Of a stretch of DNA of 64,000 bases, positions 48,204 through 61,469 are shown piece by piece (position 1 is the stretch's first letter; every line of letters begins with the position of its first letter). The position numbers and the translations under genes are program-made. Below the pieces are notes generated by a model, which worked only from the letters and a program-made list of their open reading frames with translations, ran no database searches and was not told the origin of the DNA. Origin of the DNA: Octopus sinensis (taxonomy: Eukaryota); contig NC_043000.1 in the NCBI RefSeq assembly GCF_006345805.1, positions 164,300,001 to 164,364,000 of the forward strand. The letters run 5' to 3'.

Positions 48204-48539
48204 TTACAGAGAGATGAGATAGCATGCTTCTGAGCCAGAAGCTGGAACATGTTTCTTAAAGACTTGAATACCAATCAGTCAAGTGACCTTCCCCTGGCAG
48301 CATTACTGTTCCAGATGTAAGAGGTGTGCTCCGTGTGCCTCACTTAAGCCTTGTAGAATGTCAGCAGTCGTTAGGGTCTGAAATATTTTCTGTTTCTAGC
48401 TCTGAAAAAAATAGGTCAGTGTTTGAGATATGGTCCTTGCTATGCTAAGGATGTAATTTCAACAAAAGAGATTCAGAGATTCTCAGTGATAGCAAGGGCC
48501 AGCATTTTAAGTGACAAAGAGGACTAAGTACCAGTCATA

Positions 48540-50450
48540 TATAGTGGAGATGTGATACAGTAGTGTCTTTATATATACATATATATATATATATATATAA
48601 ATAGTGCTGACATAAGGTTGGCATGATCCCACTAAAGGATGCTCTCAAACCTTCGTTTATGGGATCAATACAAGTTTGGTATGTGGTGTCTAGGTTTTGT
48701 GTGGAAGATGCATGACTAAGTACAGTTGAAGAGGAATGATTGATCATGTCATCTGCATAAGAGTGGATGCTGGTGGATATGGCAGTAAGTAGATCATCGA
48801 TGCGTAGAAAGAAGAGAATGACACAAAACTGAACACTGGGGAACACCAGCATTAATTGAGAGCAGTGGGGAGAGAAAGAGCTCTGTCAACACATATCATG
48901 ATGTTGCAGTTAGATAGGAAGCTACCAATCCAAGAAATGAGTGCAGTCTGTGTAAGGAAAGTTTTGAAAGAGTTGCTTGCCATATGACTGAAGGCTTTTG
49001 TGTTGTCAAGAGCAACAACATTGCTTTCACTAAACTTGTCTCAGACAAGAGCCCACTGATGTGTAACATACAAGAATAGGTCTTCAGGATGCCATGCTAG
49101 TGCTCACTGAGGAGAGGTGGGGGATTGGGGAGTCGAGCCAAGGTGCTAAAGACCATCATTGTTAATGGCTATCTCCATTACCTTTGAGATGTTGAAGGTG
49201 AGAGCAATACAACAACAGTTGGCTTTGAAATGGGATACACTGAAGCATGCCTCCAAATGTCATATGTGGTTATATAGTAATAATGTTTAAGTGTAATAGA
49301 AGGGGCATTGTCAGAGCTGATGGCCTTGTTTGTCTGAAGCAACTGAAGATATTTCCTCACTTGGCATACGTATGTGCAGAGTGTGGAATTTTGTGGGATG
49401 GAAAAGAGATGACTTGGAGAAGATTTATTGAGAGTATGCAGTGTGGGTTTGAAGGCAAAGCTATGATAGATGTGAAATTTCATACTTGACCATTTAGTTT
49501 GAATTGTTCTATGGAATCTTAGTTTATAGGCCATGTCTTTGATGATCAAGTTGGGCTTGCTCACTGATTTTTCTGATTTTCAACTTGACTTGCAACTTCT
49601 AGTTGACCTTCTGCAGTATCATATCTAGTCTGGTTTCACAAAAGTCCAGTACATGCTGCAAATATGCCAGTCAACCAGCATCAAAAAGTATATTAGAAAC
49701 TACCACAAAGCCATACTGTCTGAGAAGACATTCTTCTTGATTCTAAACTTCTGTGTTCCCTAGGTCATTAGTATCCTCTCATCCCCAAAGTTCCACACTG
49801 CTTTAGTCTTGTCCACTTTTAGAGTGTCATGTGAGGCACAATTGGTCAATCTTTACTTTGTCCTTGCATTGCTAAGTCAAAAGACATGGAAAAGTCTTTA
49901 TTCTGTCCGATGCACATCAAGCTAAGCTTCTCCTTCCTCTTAAAATGATTAACCATAGCATTGGGGTTGGCCATGATGAGGAGATAAAACAGCAGATAGA
50001 GGGGGGGGCTAAATTGAGACAAGTGAGATTGTGAGGTGACTGGAACAGTTTGGCATGCAGTACATTTGGTTATCTTCAGAATCTTCTAAAGAGGATTCAC
50101 CTGAGCTTTCAAGTAATTGATTTTTCAGGCTGGTTGTTTCTGTACATATTGATAAGATCTGGGTAGGATCTTCTATTCAAGTAGCATTCTTTGCAGTAGA
50201 AATAGTCATTGTGGTTCTTGTACACATTCATAATCAACTTTCAGTTTTCTTTGTTCACATGACCATCAGTAGATTTGCCCATTTTCAAGCAAATGATGCA
50301 GATATATCCATATAAGCCATTACAAAAAACACAGCCATTGCTATTCAAAACTTTGTTGCAGGAAAGACAGCCATTACAAGATCCATTCTGTCTTCTGATT
50401 TCTGACTTCCATGCTAGTGGTGGAGCTTTGAGCATAAATCTCCTTTCATA
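48540..50450 (-). mobile_element. Highly decayed CR1/Jockey-like LINE
   Basis: IHSYADD, NKAISSDN (KA.GPD-like) and Cys-rich ORF1-like remnants; boundaries approximate. Confidence 0.5.
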
Positions 50451-50689
50451 TCTTCTATCCTATAAGTTGTCCATGCTAAATAGAACTTATTAAATAGGGA
50501 TTGTTAAATGTACACAACATCCTAATAACATGCTAAAAATTCAAAATTTCGAAAAAAAAAAAAGGAGGGGGACAAGTCTAATAACTATTGATTAAAAAGA
50601 AAATTAGATTTTAAAGCTTCATGAGTTTCTGAAAAACTGGAGGGGAAACTCAAAGATTCGATCATGCAAAGCTGACAGCTATTCTATTA

Positions 50690-50870
50690 ATTAGTTTCAA
50701 ATTTTTGCACAAAGCCAGCAATTTTGGTGATGAGAGTAAGTGAATTACATTGACTCCAGGGCTCAACTGGAACCTATTTTATCAACCCTGAAAGGATAAA
50801 TGAAAGGCAAAGTTAACCTCAACAGAATGTTGCTAACCTAACGATTCTACGAATTTGCCATCTTAAAGCA
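50690..50870 (+). mobile_element. SINE-like repeat
   Basis: Family core ttagtttcaaatttttgcacaaagccagc...aaggcaaagttaacctcaacagaat. Confidence 0.7.
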
Positions 50871-52044
50871 GCTCTATTAATTAATGTCAAGCTGTTAATA
50901 ACTTGTAAATGAAAGCTTCTTGCTACGGTCACTTGGAGAAGTAAGCAAATCCCGGTGAACTACAAAGGGGAACTGATTGGTATAGTTTTTGTGTTATGTT
51001 ATCAAAAGGGCTCTGTGGTCTAACCATAGGACTTAATTTCAAAGTAAGAGACTAAATATGTATGGATATGTCCTCCTCATGTACACATTTATGCATAACC
51101 TTCACTGTATTGTACTTTAGTAATTAGTACTGGACATTAACAAACCCACAAGGGAGCCACCCGACCAACTGGAACAGCATTTAAATCTCCCTCAAATCAT
51201 ACGATAATGATCCAAGACATGATGGCCATTGCTGGAACGTCTTTCATCCGAGCTCTGCTCGATCAGTGCTGATTCCAGGTTAAACACCAAATATTGGTAA
51301 CTAATTTTTGAATATTGGATAAGAATGAGTGGTAGTTGCATTGTACGACTGCTACAATCGATTTTTTATTTTCATATAAACTTCAACATTTATTTTTCTT
51401 CCGATCCGGAAAGAAGGCGAGTACATATCTAAAAGAAAATTTAAGAAACCTCAACATTTTATTATTTGAAACATTCATCTGTAGAATATCATTAATTCAG
51501 CCATCGTGCAGTATTGATTGTAAATAAATAAACGACTCTGAATAATTTTTGTTTGTTTGTTTCATTTTTTTATCTTAAGTTTTTAACTTCTAACTTTAAA
51601 TACAAGGAACTATATATGCACTTCCGAAAGATTAAGAAAACTCGCAGTATTAACGACAATTACCATTGATCTATAAATGAATTATTTTATATCTAATACT
51701 ATTGTCTAAGAATATTTTTAAAGATACTGCAAGACAACAAATAATCAATAAACATATTATTTCTCCTCGACAAAATTAACGTCAGTTTAATTTTTAAGAA
51801 GTAAAATATTTAAAACTGTTATTTGTGGCCGGGTTGGCTTTATCAACCATCAAATGCCGCGAAATCCACAACATTCACTTTACGCTGGTTTAGGTTTGTA
51901 AAAAACACTTCGACTACCTGTTGTAAGTTAGTTCCCTTGGCTGATGATCAAACCAGGTAAACTCGCGACATCACACCTGTAAATTGGACAGGTGAAGCAA
52001 CAACGACACAACTGGAATTGTACAAAATATAATAGTTACCACAC

Positions 52045-52056
52045 ATTAAGGTAAGT
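52045..52056 (+). promoter_or_regulatory. Candidate splice donor of a non-coding first exon (AAG|GTAAGT) in a CpG-retaining region, possibly belonging to the 60986 gene
   Basis: Consensus donor at 52051; CpG is visibly more frequent in 51.2-55.3 kb than in the flanks. Confidence 0.3.
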
Positions 52057-52347
52057 CGTGTAATCTTTTCTATTTCTGTTGTCTTGTAGACATTATTATT
52101 ACCCGTTAATTAATTTTAATTAGTGTGTATTAGAGTTGTAAAGAAAAGACACGACTTTCGGTCAGGTTGACAATTAGGAAGTGGAGTGAGTTGGTATCTG
52201 GGGGGGGGGGAATTAACGGTAATAATTGTAAACTAAGATAAAGAAAAATAGCAAAAGCAATTTGGGCTTCTATCGAAGGATGGTTATTCCGAAACTCTTG
52301 ACACATGTGAGGCAGGCAGAAATGTGTGTGCGTGCGCGCGCACACAT

Positions 52348-52354
<7 letters not shown>

Positions 52355-52433
<79 letters not shown>

Positions 52434-52576
52434 ATATATATATATATATACCTATATATATATTATATATATATACCTATATATATATATATATATATAT
52501 ACCTATATATATATATATATATATACCATATATATATATATACCTATATATATATATATACTATATATATATATAC

Positions 52577-52611
<35 letters not shown>
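52355..52611. repeat. Long interrupted (TA)n microsatellite, about 255 bp
   Basis: Direct reading; punctuated by CC and C variants. Confidence 0.95.
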
Positions 52612-55600
52612 GCGCCTGTATATGAAGGTAACACATTGTGACTAACTGAATAACAATGACGAATGTGTATTTAAAATTAGTGTAAATATATTAGTCCGAG
52701 TTGAGTCCAAATATTTTCCTTTTTGTTATAAATTTTACAACTTAAGAGGAAAGAATCCTTATATTGAACAAAATGCGTTGTTGTATTTGGTTGTGGCCTT
52801 AACGTTCTGGGTTCAAACCCCCGCCGAGGTAACTTTACCTTACATCCTTAGGAGGGGGATAAAATAAAGTACTGGTCAGGTTTTAATTACGATATGATTG
52901 ACTATATCCGTGCCTTGAATTTGAGGCCCTGTGCCCAAGTTAGAAATCATGATCACACCTTTAATCCCCAGCCTTTTGGACACTTCATTGTTAGGTGATA
53001 ATGGCGGAAGGGTTTCTGTGTTAATATATTTGTTCATTTTCATTTGAGAACGATTAATCCTAACATCTAAATTAATATCTAGCGAACGAACACCTGTATT
53101 TGTTTGGTAGATGAGTTGATCTTGTGTGTTGGGACTGAAATTATTGCAGTCATTTGTAATCATTAAGAATACAACTATTCAGTGACATTCACTTTATTAA
53201 GCGTAGTGAAGTCGAGTCTGTAGTGTTGTGTGTGCTAGATTTTATTTATATAAACTGAAGGAAAGTAGAATTTTTTAAAACAATGTCTATTTTTAAACAA
53301 ATATTGTGTGAGCCATTAACAGCCCATTAAACTAGCCGCTTTCTCCCGTATTATGAGTATTAAGTATCCTTTCTTAAGTCCTGAACTTTTGGGGGAAGTG
53401 GCTTAATCGATTTCCTCCATCTCAAAAAGTCGTTGGCAAAGTAACAGGTTCGAATAGTCTTAAGTTACTTTAACGAGTCAGTTGCAGATTAATTGTTGTA
53501 AATATGCACCCATATTTTTGAATGCTTTGCGTTCAAATTCATAGAAATTTGGTCGTATTTAATGCTTTTTGTAGTCTACGTGCACCAATTGATGTGTTTG
53601 CGCGAATGGTATCCACGACAATGGAGTTCCCCGTTTCCTAGGGATACAATTTAGGCCAGTTGACCAATGCAATTGGAGAGACTCCGGCAGACGGGAGACA
53701 TCGAACTTTCCAATTGCTCGTTTAATTATCTTATTTATTCCAGTACGGCTGGAGTTTTATACTTAGAAGATAGTACATGAAAACCGCCAAGCATCCATTT
53801 GCATTACATCTACGAAGATGTAATGCAATCGTACTTCGATGCTGTTCTGGAGACATCGGTCTCCTGATTGGAAACCAACAGGATCCTTTTTGGTTGCAAG
53901 TGACCTACTATATTGATCACTTATCTGAATCAGTTTTTTTTTTCTAGTTATATCATCTCATTCTTGTTGCGTTTTTATATTTGAAAGTCGGATATGGTGT
54001 TTGCTATCTCAAGATAGCCAATGCTGTCTCCTAATCCTACGACGAGGGAACATTAACAAAGGAAGAAGGCAAGAGTCTTTTAAGGCCGGCAGAATTATGA
54101 AGACAATTTACTGGCGGAGAGTAGTAAGATTCACTTGAGACCACTTGAAATGCCATTTGGCAAATTTGCTTGCAGTAGACTAGTCATAATAAAAATGACA
54201 TTGGTAATATAAGAGAGACGCTTTTAAAGATTTCTTTTTTTGCTAAATAACATGACGAAGATCTGAACATCAATTGCGGTTATATACTCAAACATCTTTT
54301 TTTTTTAATAATCGATGCTTGATATCTGGTTCAGTTTTTTTTTGAAGCGCCCCAATATTGGTTTCAAATTTTGGCACAAGGCCAGTAATTTCGGGGAAGC
54401 GGTAAGGCTACCAATATACTATTTATACATATAATTATGTATATAATTTCAAAGGTTTATAGTTTTAGCAGGCATTCTTTATTTGAAGGAATGAAACTCA
54501 TTGTTTTTCTAATTTAGAAACCGCTATACATTCACATGCGTATAAAAATGTGTGTGCGTGCATGTAATTAAAAAAGAAATTGGTATTTAAAAGAACCAGG
54601 TTTGTTGTGTTTATCTCTATTGCCTGTAGAGTTTCTCTAAACAACATTGACCTACAAACAAATCGGGCGTCATTCTTAAGACGCAAGGAGAAATGTGGGT
54701 TAAGAAGATTTTGTTTTCGTCTCCTTTCTCTGTCAATTTGTTGGTTTGTGGTTAGATTAAAAAAAGAAATTAATATTATGTTTACAACGAACAACTTCAA
54801 ACTCTAATAATTTTATCATGTTTACCTTTTAAATATTAACTGTATTGTTTGTGCTATTTCCCGAACTAAACTTTCTCTCTTTTAAATTAATTAATACCTT
54901 TGAGAGGGACATGAACTGTCACACACGACCATTTCTCATCTCATGTAAAGAAAGCAAAACGATTATAATTCCAGTTAATTTCTTTTTACATTAACCGTTT
55001 ATTGTATATGCGTAAAATACCGGAGTGTCTTCTTCTTAGGAAGTTATAGCCAGGTATTTTATTATTCAGGAAGCACATAGATATCAGGTGACTCACTACT
55101 GCCTTATTCATTTTTAAAACCCTTGTCCTAAATAATATTTCAGAAATTTACGAATGTGGGCAAATTCATAACAACAGCTAGTCAAGATATACATACAAAT
55201 CAATTATAAAGTAGACACGTACCGCGGGAGCACCGACTCGGTCGTCTCGAAAAAAAAAAACTTCAAAATGGAAAAAATAACTTGGTCGATTATTTTCCAA
55301 ATTTACCCCAAAATATGCATTAAAAAAAGGAAAACGAGGAAACAAAGTACAGAGGGAACCCTAAATTGTATTATGCATAAACCAAATAGTTTAATTTGAA
55401 ACACTAAATAAATAATAATAATATTAATAATAAGGGGCATTTAGAAAAGCAGACACTTCAATGCTTCAAAGGTTCAGCTTTATGGAATATCCACTATACT
55501 TTAGGTTGAAACAGAAAATAAAATGAAAAATAGAATTGAAAAACAAAGAAATTATTAAATTCCATCGACTCTAAACTTTAACCAGTAACCCTAATTCGAA

Positions 55601-55985
55601 TCCCAAATCATAACGTTAACATTTTTTAAAACTAATGCATATTTTGCATGCTCAGAGGAATCGACCAGCTTATTTTCCATTTTAAGTTTTATATTTTGAA
55701 GCTTTAAACACACACATTCAATAATATAACAAAATGACTGATAAACTAATTTAAATAAGAATGCTATTCACCATTTAATATAGTTTGAGACCAGTTTTGA
55801 TTTTCATTGTGAGATCAATAAAATCGGTAAGAGATAATTTAGTACTTTACGAATATGTAATATATTGGCCTCTATTTAATAATTTACAAATTTATGACCT
55901 TGTGCTAAATCAACAGACCATATGATTCTATCAAAATGTAAAGATTTCTCATTCAACACAATTTTGGAGCACCTTCCTATTAAAA

Positions 55986-56900
55986 TCATCATCATCATTT
56001 AGTTTAATGTCTGCTTTCCATGCTGGCATGGATTGGGTGGTTTGACTGAAAACTGGTAAGCCAGGGGCCTACACCAGGTTCCGATCTGATTTGGCAAGGT
56101 TTCAATGGCCGGATGCCCTACCTGACAGCAACCACTCCGAGAGTATAGTGGGTGTTTTTTTTATGTGCCACTGGCCTGACACCAGCATTGACCACGACTA
56201 CAGTCTCACTTCGCTTGACAGGTCTACACAAGCATGGCATATTGCCAAAGGTCTTTGTCACCCGTCACTGTCTCCATGAGGCCCAATGCTTGAATGGTAC
56301 TTTACGTGCCACGAGCATGAGTGCCATTCAAATGGCACTGGTATCGGCCATGACTATGATTTCACTTGGTTTGACAGGTCTTCACAAGCACCAGTATATC
56401 ACCCAACGATTGACGGGTGCTTTTACAGGTTTTTTTACAGGGCTTTTGACAGGTCTTCTCAAGCACAGCATATATCCAAAGGTCTCGTCGCTTGTCATTG
56501 CCTCTGTGAGGCCCAACATTCAAAGATTGTGCTTCACTAACTTGTCCCATGTCTTCTTGGCTCTACCACTTCCACAGGTTCCCTCCACTGTTAGAAAGTG
56601 ACACTTCTTCACACAGTTGACCTCATCCATACACATCACATGACCATACCAACACAATCATATCTCTTGCACACCACATCTGATGCCTCTTATGTCCAAC
56701 TTTTCTCACAAGATGCTTACACTCTGTCGTGTATGCACACTGATATTACACATCCAGCAGAGCATACTAGCTTCATTTCTTACAAGCCTACGCACATCCT
56801 CAGCAGTCACAGCCCATGTTTCTCTGCCGTATAGCATGGCTGTTCACACACATGCATCATACAGTCTGCCTTTCACTCTGAGTGAGAGGCCCTTTGTTAT
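55986..56900 (-). mobile_element. 5'-truncated RTE LINE 3' part
   Basis: KGLSLRVKGRLYDACV, DLWIYAVLEKT, repeat-containing 3' UTR, (GAT)n tail. Confidence 0.88.
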
Positions 56901-58739
56901 CAAATTATATGGTAGAAAGTGTTAATTTACTAAAGTAAAATATGTTTTCATGGTCAACTGAATTTTACATTGTGTTACAAGCTTGATTTCAAATTATTTT
57001 ATTTAAGAATAGTACAAGAGAAATTCAAAACAATTCTGTGGAAAATAACTCAATTTACAAAAATAAACAGTAAGAAAATGGCAAAAAAATCCTCTCAGGA
57101 AACATATAAATAAACAAAATATAAAACCATGCATATCCTATCTCAGTTATATATTATTGAAGAACAGAGCCATTTTGATAGTATTATAGGCCCCAGGCAA
57201 AGCAATGCACTGAGTCTGTAGTATTTTTTTATTGATGGCAAGCCACATCATTCATGGTTCCTATTGGCTTCCGTTGGAACCACAAGCAACAGTAAGATGG
57301 CACTGCTCCAAGAGATCCTGGCATATCCGTCTAAACATTTTTCACCCAAAATACTTGAGGAATTATCATATGCGATTGCAACAATAAGGGACAGCCAAGC
57401 ACCCTCCCAAGTATCATTTGATACTTTACTGAACTGGGATTAGTGCTGGATTAACCATGAAGCAAAATAAGCATATGTTTAGGGCATCAAGGGAAGGAAT
57501 TGGCACCACAGAAATGGTAAAAGGTTTACAGCACAAAAGAAATCACTTTAAACTTTCTAAAATAATATTTGGGATGCCTTTATTTCTATTAAATATAGAT
57601 GCAGATGTGTTACCTAAGTTTAATTTTGAGGATCTCATCAAAGACTGCAATTCAAAAAAGCAACTTTTCAAATCTAAATAAAAATTGGAAGGAGACAAAA
57701 ATAAACATTATTTTCCCTCTCTTTATCTTTTGTTTCATTTTATAAAATACAAATTTATTTTATGGTTTGTTATTGTTTATATTTTGAATTACATAATCTT
57801 TTATGGGGGCACCAAAATCTTTTAGGTGCTTTGGGCCTCGATGGGTCTTAATCTGGTCCTGGTTGGGATGCTGACAAAGTCCAAAGCTTCCAGATCCTTG
57901 AAAGTCACATTCAGCTCCCCTGGATGTCTTTAAAGCCACAGGTTGGAAAATGTAATTTACTGACAAATTATGGTATTTCAGTATCTTACTCTATTGAGCT
58001 TATGGATGCAGCAGCAGCAATCTCTTCTCCCATTACAACAATAAGGAGGTGTGATGTAATAAGAGCTACTGACATTGGGGTTGTATAAAAAGGCATCTGC
58101 TTTTACTCAAAGGCAAAAAAAAAAAAAAAAGGAGTCTTTCAGGTCTCATTCCATCTTCTCTGGACAATCCCACTGGTTTTAGAATACCCTGGTTGAGGCT
58201 TGCTAAATTTCAAATCCATTACTCATGTGCCATTGTGTATTCAAACAGTACTCTTAACTTTACATTGTCATAGTTTATCAACTTGTCAGAAAATATTACT
58301 TGTGATAGTCTTTGTATGAACTTGATGCTATGAAACTTCCAGTAAGCATTGGTCATTAAGTTCTGTCAAAGATTCTGGAGTAAAATAAAATATTTTTTCT
58401 TTTTGCCTTTCAAATGAGGGGATGCAGTAGAACTATCTTTCCTTTATATTTGTAAGGGACACAGTTTCAAAGCATTATCCTCATGCTGGCTTCAGCTGTT
58501 TGTTTACACCTTCATAATTCTGTCACCTTGTTAATGGAGCTTAGCTTCAAATGTGACCGCTCCATTTCAGATGAGTATTAAATGGACAGGATGGAGAACT
58601 ATTATTCAGTAGTTTGCAGTGATTAATATTGGATAATCATTTAATACAATTAAATGCTTGCAGAGAAAAGTAGCTTATACAAAAATGCAATAAATTTTCT
58701 CTCTCACCATATATATATATGTGTGTGTGTGTATAAATA

Positions 58740-58916
58740 TATATGCATTTGTATGTTTGTGTGTGAGTATGTGTGTGCATATGTGTTCGTGTATGTGTGA
58801 ATATGTTTGTGTGTATGTGTGGATATGTGTTTGTATGTGTGAATGTGTTCATGTGTATGTATGTGTGAAAATGTGTTTGTGTGTATGTGAATAGGTGTGA
58901 ATGTTTGTGTGTGTGT
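58740..58916. repeat. Compound (GT/AT) microsatellite
   Basis: Direct reading. Confidence 0.85.
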
Positions 58917-58917
58917 A

Positions 58918-60000
58918 CAGTACTTTGCAAAAGTCTTCAGCCACTTTAAACTATTGTAAATTTCTACTAATTGCCAACTTATAAGTGGATGTTTTGCATT
59001 GTTTTTTACAGATGATGCATTGACCCTGTTGCAGTCATTTCCATACCTAATCCTTATATTTTGTAGTTGGGGTTCTGAATGAGATTGGAAGATGTGAGAC
59101 GACCACCAAAAATGGCCAAACAAAAGTCTTCAGCCACCTCACATAAACCAATCAAGTTTTAAAACAGAAAAATTTCTATAATGAAAATTTATTCCATAAG
59201 GTTCATTCCAAGAAGTTACCATGCATTGTTAATATTTCATGTGGCTTCACTTATCTTGAATAATTGCTTTAGATACGTGCATATCCTTCACCATCTTCAA
59301 AGCTATGAGATGCCACTCCCTGTGGCTGAGCTCCCACAACTCTTCAAGGTTGTGTGGATTCTTGTGACAAACTCTTCTCTTCAGTTCTGTCCACATTTGC
59401 TCAATGTTATTTCAGTCAGTCAGGGCTCAGAGCTGATCAATCTTGGAATATGGTAATACATCAACCAGGCTCTTTTGTGTTGCACACCATCTGCAGCATG
59501 GAGCTCCGTCATGTTGAAAAATCTCACCTTCAACCAAGTCTGATATCAAATTGTCCTTCAGCAATTGGATGTATTTGGTACTATTCAAATTACCATCAAT
59601 TTTAACCAACTTTCTTTGACCATCTCTTTTTATGTATCCCCAAAGCGTCAGACTCTTACCACCAAACTTCATTGTGTAATGTAGGTCATTTTGCTTTCCT
59701 GGAGGCCTTCTGACAAATTCTCGCTTATTAGACTGATGAAATTATTGCTGCCTTTCTGAGATACAGCTCTCTGGAAAAGTTCAGCTAACTGAAATGGATT
59801 ATGGATACAGTTTCTTAAGTGTAAGCAGGCCAGGCCAATAGATGAGATTTGAAAGAGCCTTGTTAGCTTTGTGATCAGACAAAACCTAGCTGATAGGCTA
59901 GGTGAGCTGTGATCCAACATTAGTGACCATTAAATCATTAAATCCCATCTATTTTTGTCTTCTGGACATCATGTGACTTTCTTCTCTGTTGATGCAACAA
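58918..60000 (-). mobile_element. Decayed Tc1-like transposon (one terminus recognised)
   Basis: TA|CAGTACTTTGCAAAAGTC terminus; KFGGKSLTLWG, NSTKYIQLL, FQHDGAPC, P.LNI.EQ remnants; far boundary approximate. Confidence 0.8.
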
Positions 60001-60985
60001 CCTTTCACTCAGCAGAAGACACTCTCTTTTGAGAATTTTAGAAATGCCATCATTTCCACACTGACTGGTGACAAAATCATCCTGTTGATTTTAAAACTTA
60101 GATCAAAATTACAAGTGGTCAAGCTTAGGATGCTATGCTTTAGCATAGATAGAATGAATATTGTGGTCTTTGCCTGTTGCAATCATTTTACCAAACTGGG
60201 TCTTATGATAAACAGTATTTTGTTCCATCATAAATTCAAGCATATAAAGTTACCTGAACTGATTCTTGTTCCAAACAGGGTCATCTTATTGACTTTATCA
60301 TAATACATAAACATTTGTAGTCCCTGTAGCATTAAAAGTCTTGTGTGGCATTTTAACATGTTAAATGGTTAAAATATTGTAGAAGGAAAGCTGAAACTGG
60401 TTGTTAGGATAAAGTTTGCACCAAATAGCACAAAGCCCCAAGACCCTCCAACATCTGCATTCTTTTGTAAAACTCTCAGAAAATTTCTTCATCGACATGT
60501 ATTAGAAGTACACTATATATCAGATCAAAGTGAACACCATTGCAGCATTGACCCATGAGAATAACACATTTTGTCCTTCTTGGCACTTAGTATTAGTCAC
60601 TGTTTCCTACATATAAAAGCATGAATTTTGTCCTGGCAATTGATAAGCCCCAAGTAGGGCAAAATCCCTACTAGGAGTTTGTCATTCTCATGGGTCATAT
60701 CTACAATGATGTTTTTCTGGCTCCACCTTGTGTGGTTTTAATACTGTATATTTCTGAGATTTTCTGCCAACAAAAATCACAGTAGCATACCTTTCATTGG
60801 GGTATATACATTTAGTATGATACACATATGGCGTTTTTTATCTATTGCTTTTCGGTTGTGATCACTGATTGAAATTCATATTTTTATTTTAATCCCATAA
60901 ATTGTCTTGTGTATATTTGCAGTCCTCATATTATAATTTTGCCATTTTTATCTTTTTAGGTTTCTGCTTTGAATGAATTGCCATC

Positions 60986-61469
60986 ATGAGGGGTATGATA
61001 AAATACTGGCCACAAAATACCCGTCTTTTTATCCTTTCTAATCTGATGTTGGTTACCATGGTCCTGTGTTTAACAGCTCTTTTTTTGCCTTATTGGTTTG
61101 TCGTTGACTTCCACTATACAAAATCCAATGAGCCAATAAAAGTTTATATGTCAACTAAAAAACCCACAACAGTCGTTACTTCAACACAGACAACTGCAAA
61201 TGTCTCTGCCCCAGCGACTGGCAGAAGGAAACGATCAGTAGACTGGAACTGGCTACATGCTCTTTTGCCAACCCAAATACAGCTGCGCTACAAACGTCAG
61301 CTTACTAAACTTGGTCAGACCTTTAACAATTTGTATGTTCCCGAAGTAAATGTTGGCCTATTTTACATGGAATACCCATATGCTGATTTCAAGACCTTAA
61401 CTGAGTTGAAGTACAAGCTGATATCTCTTATACATCTTGAGAACACTGCTCCAGTTTTAGTGGTTCCCA
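60986..61469 (+). CDS. First coding exon of a membrane protein, probably PMP22/claudin/clarin-like (TM1 plus a long extracellular loop)
   Basis: Acceptor tctttttag|G at 60960; ATG at 60986; donor CCCA|GTAAGT at 61470. Hydrophobic helix LFILSNLMLVTMVLCLTALFLPYW followed later by VGLFY, resembling the W...GLW claudin-superfamily signature. Further exons were not identified in the window. Confidence 0.7.

Noticed and set aside
52130-52641. YIYIYI- and HTHT-type ORFs here and at about 1370, 5360, 24260-25380 and 58640
   Set aside because: These are translations of (TA)n and (CA)n microsatellites.
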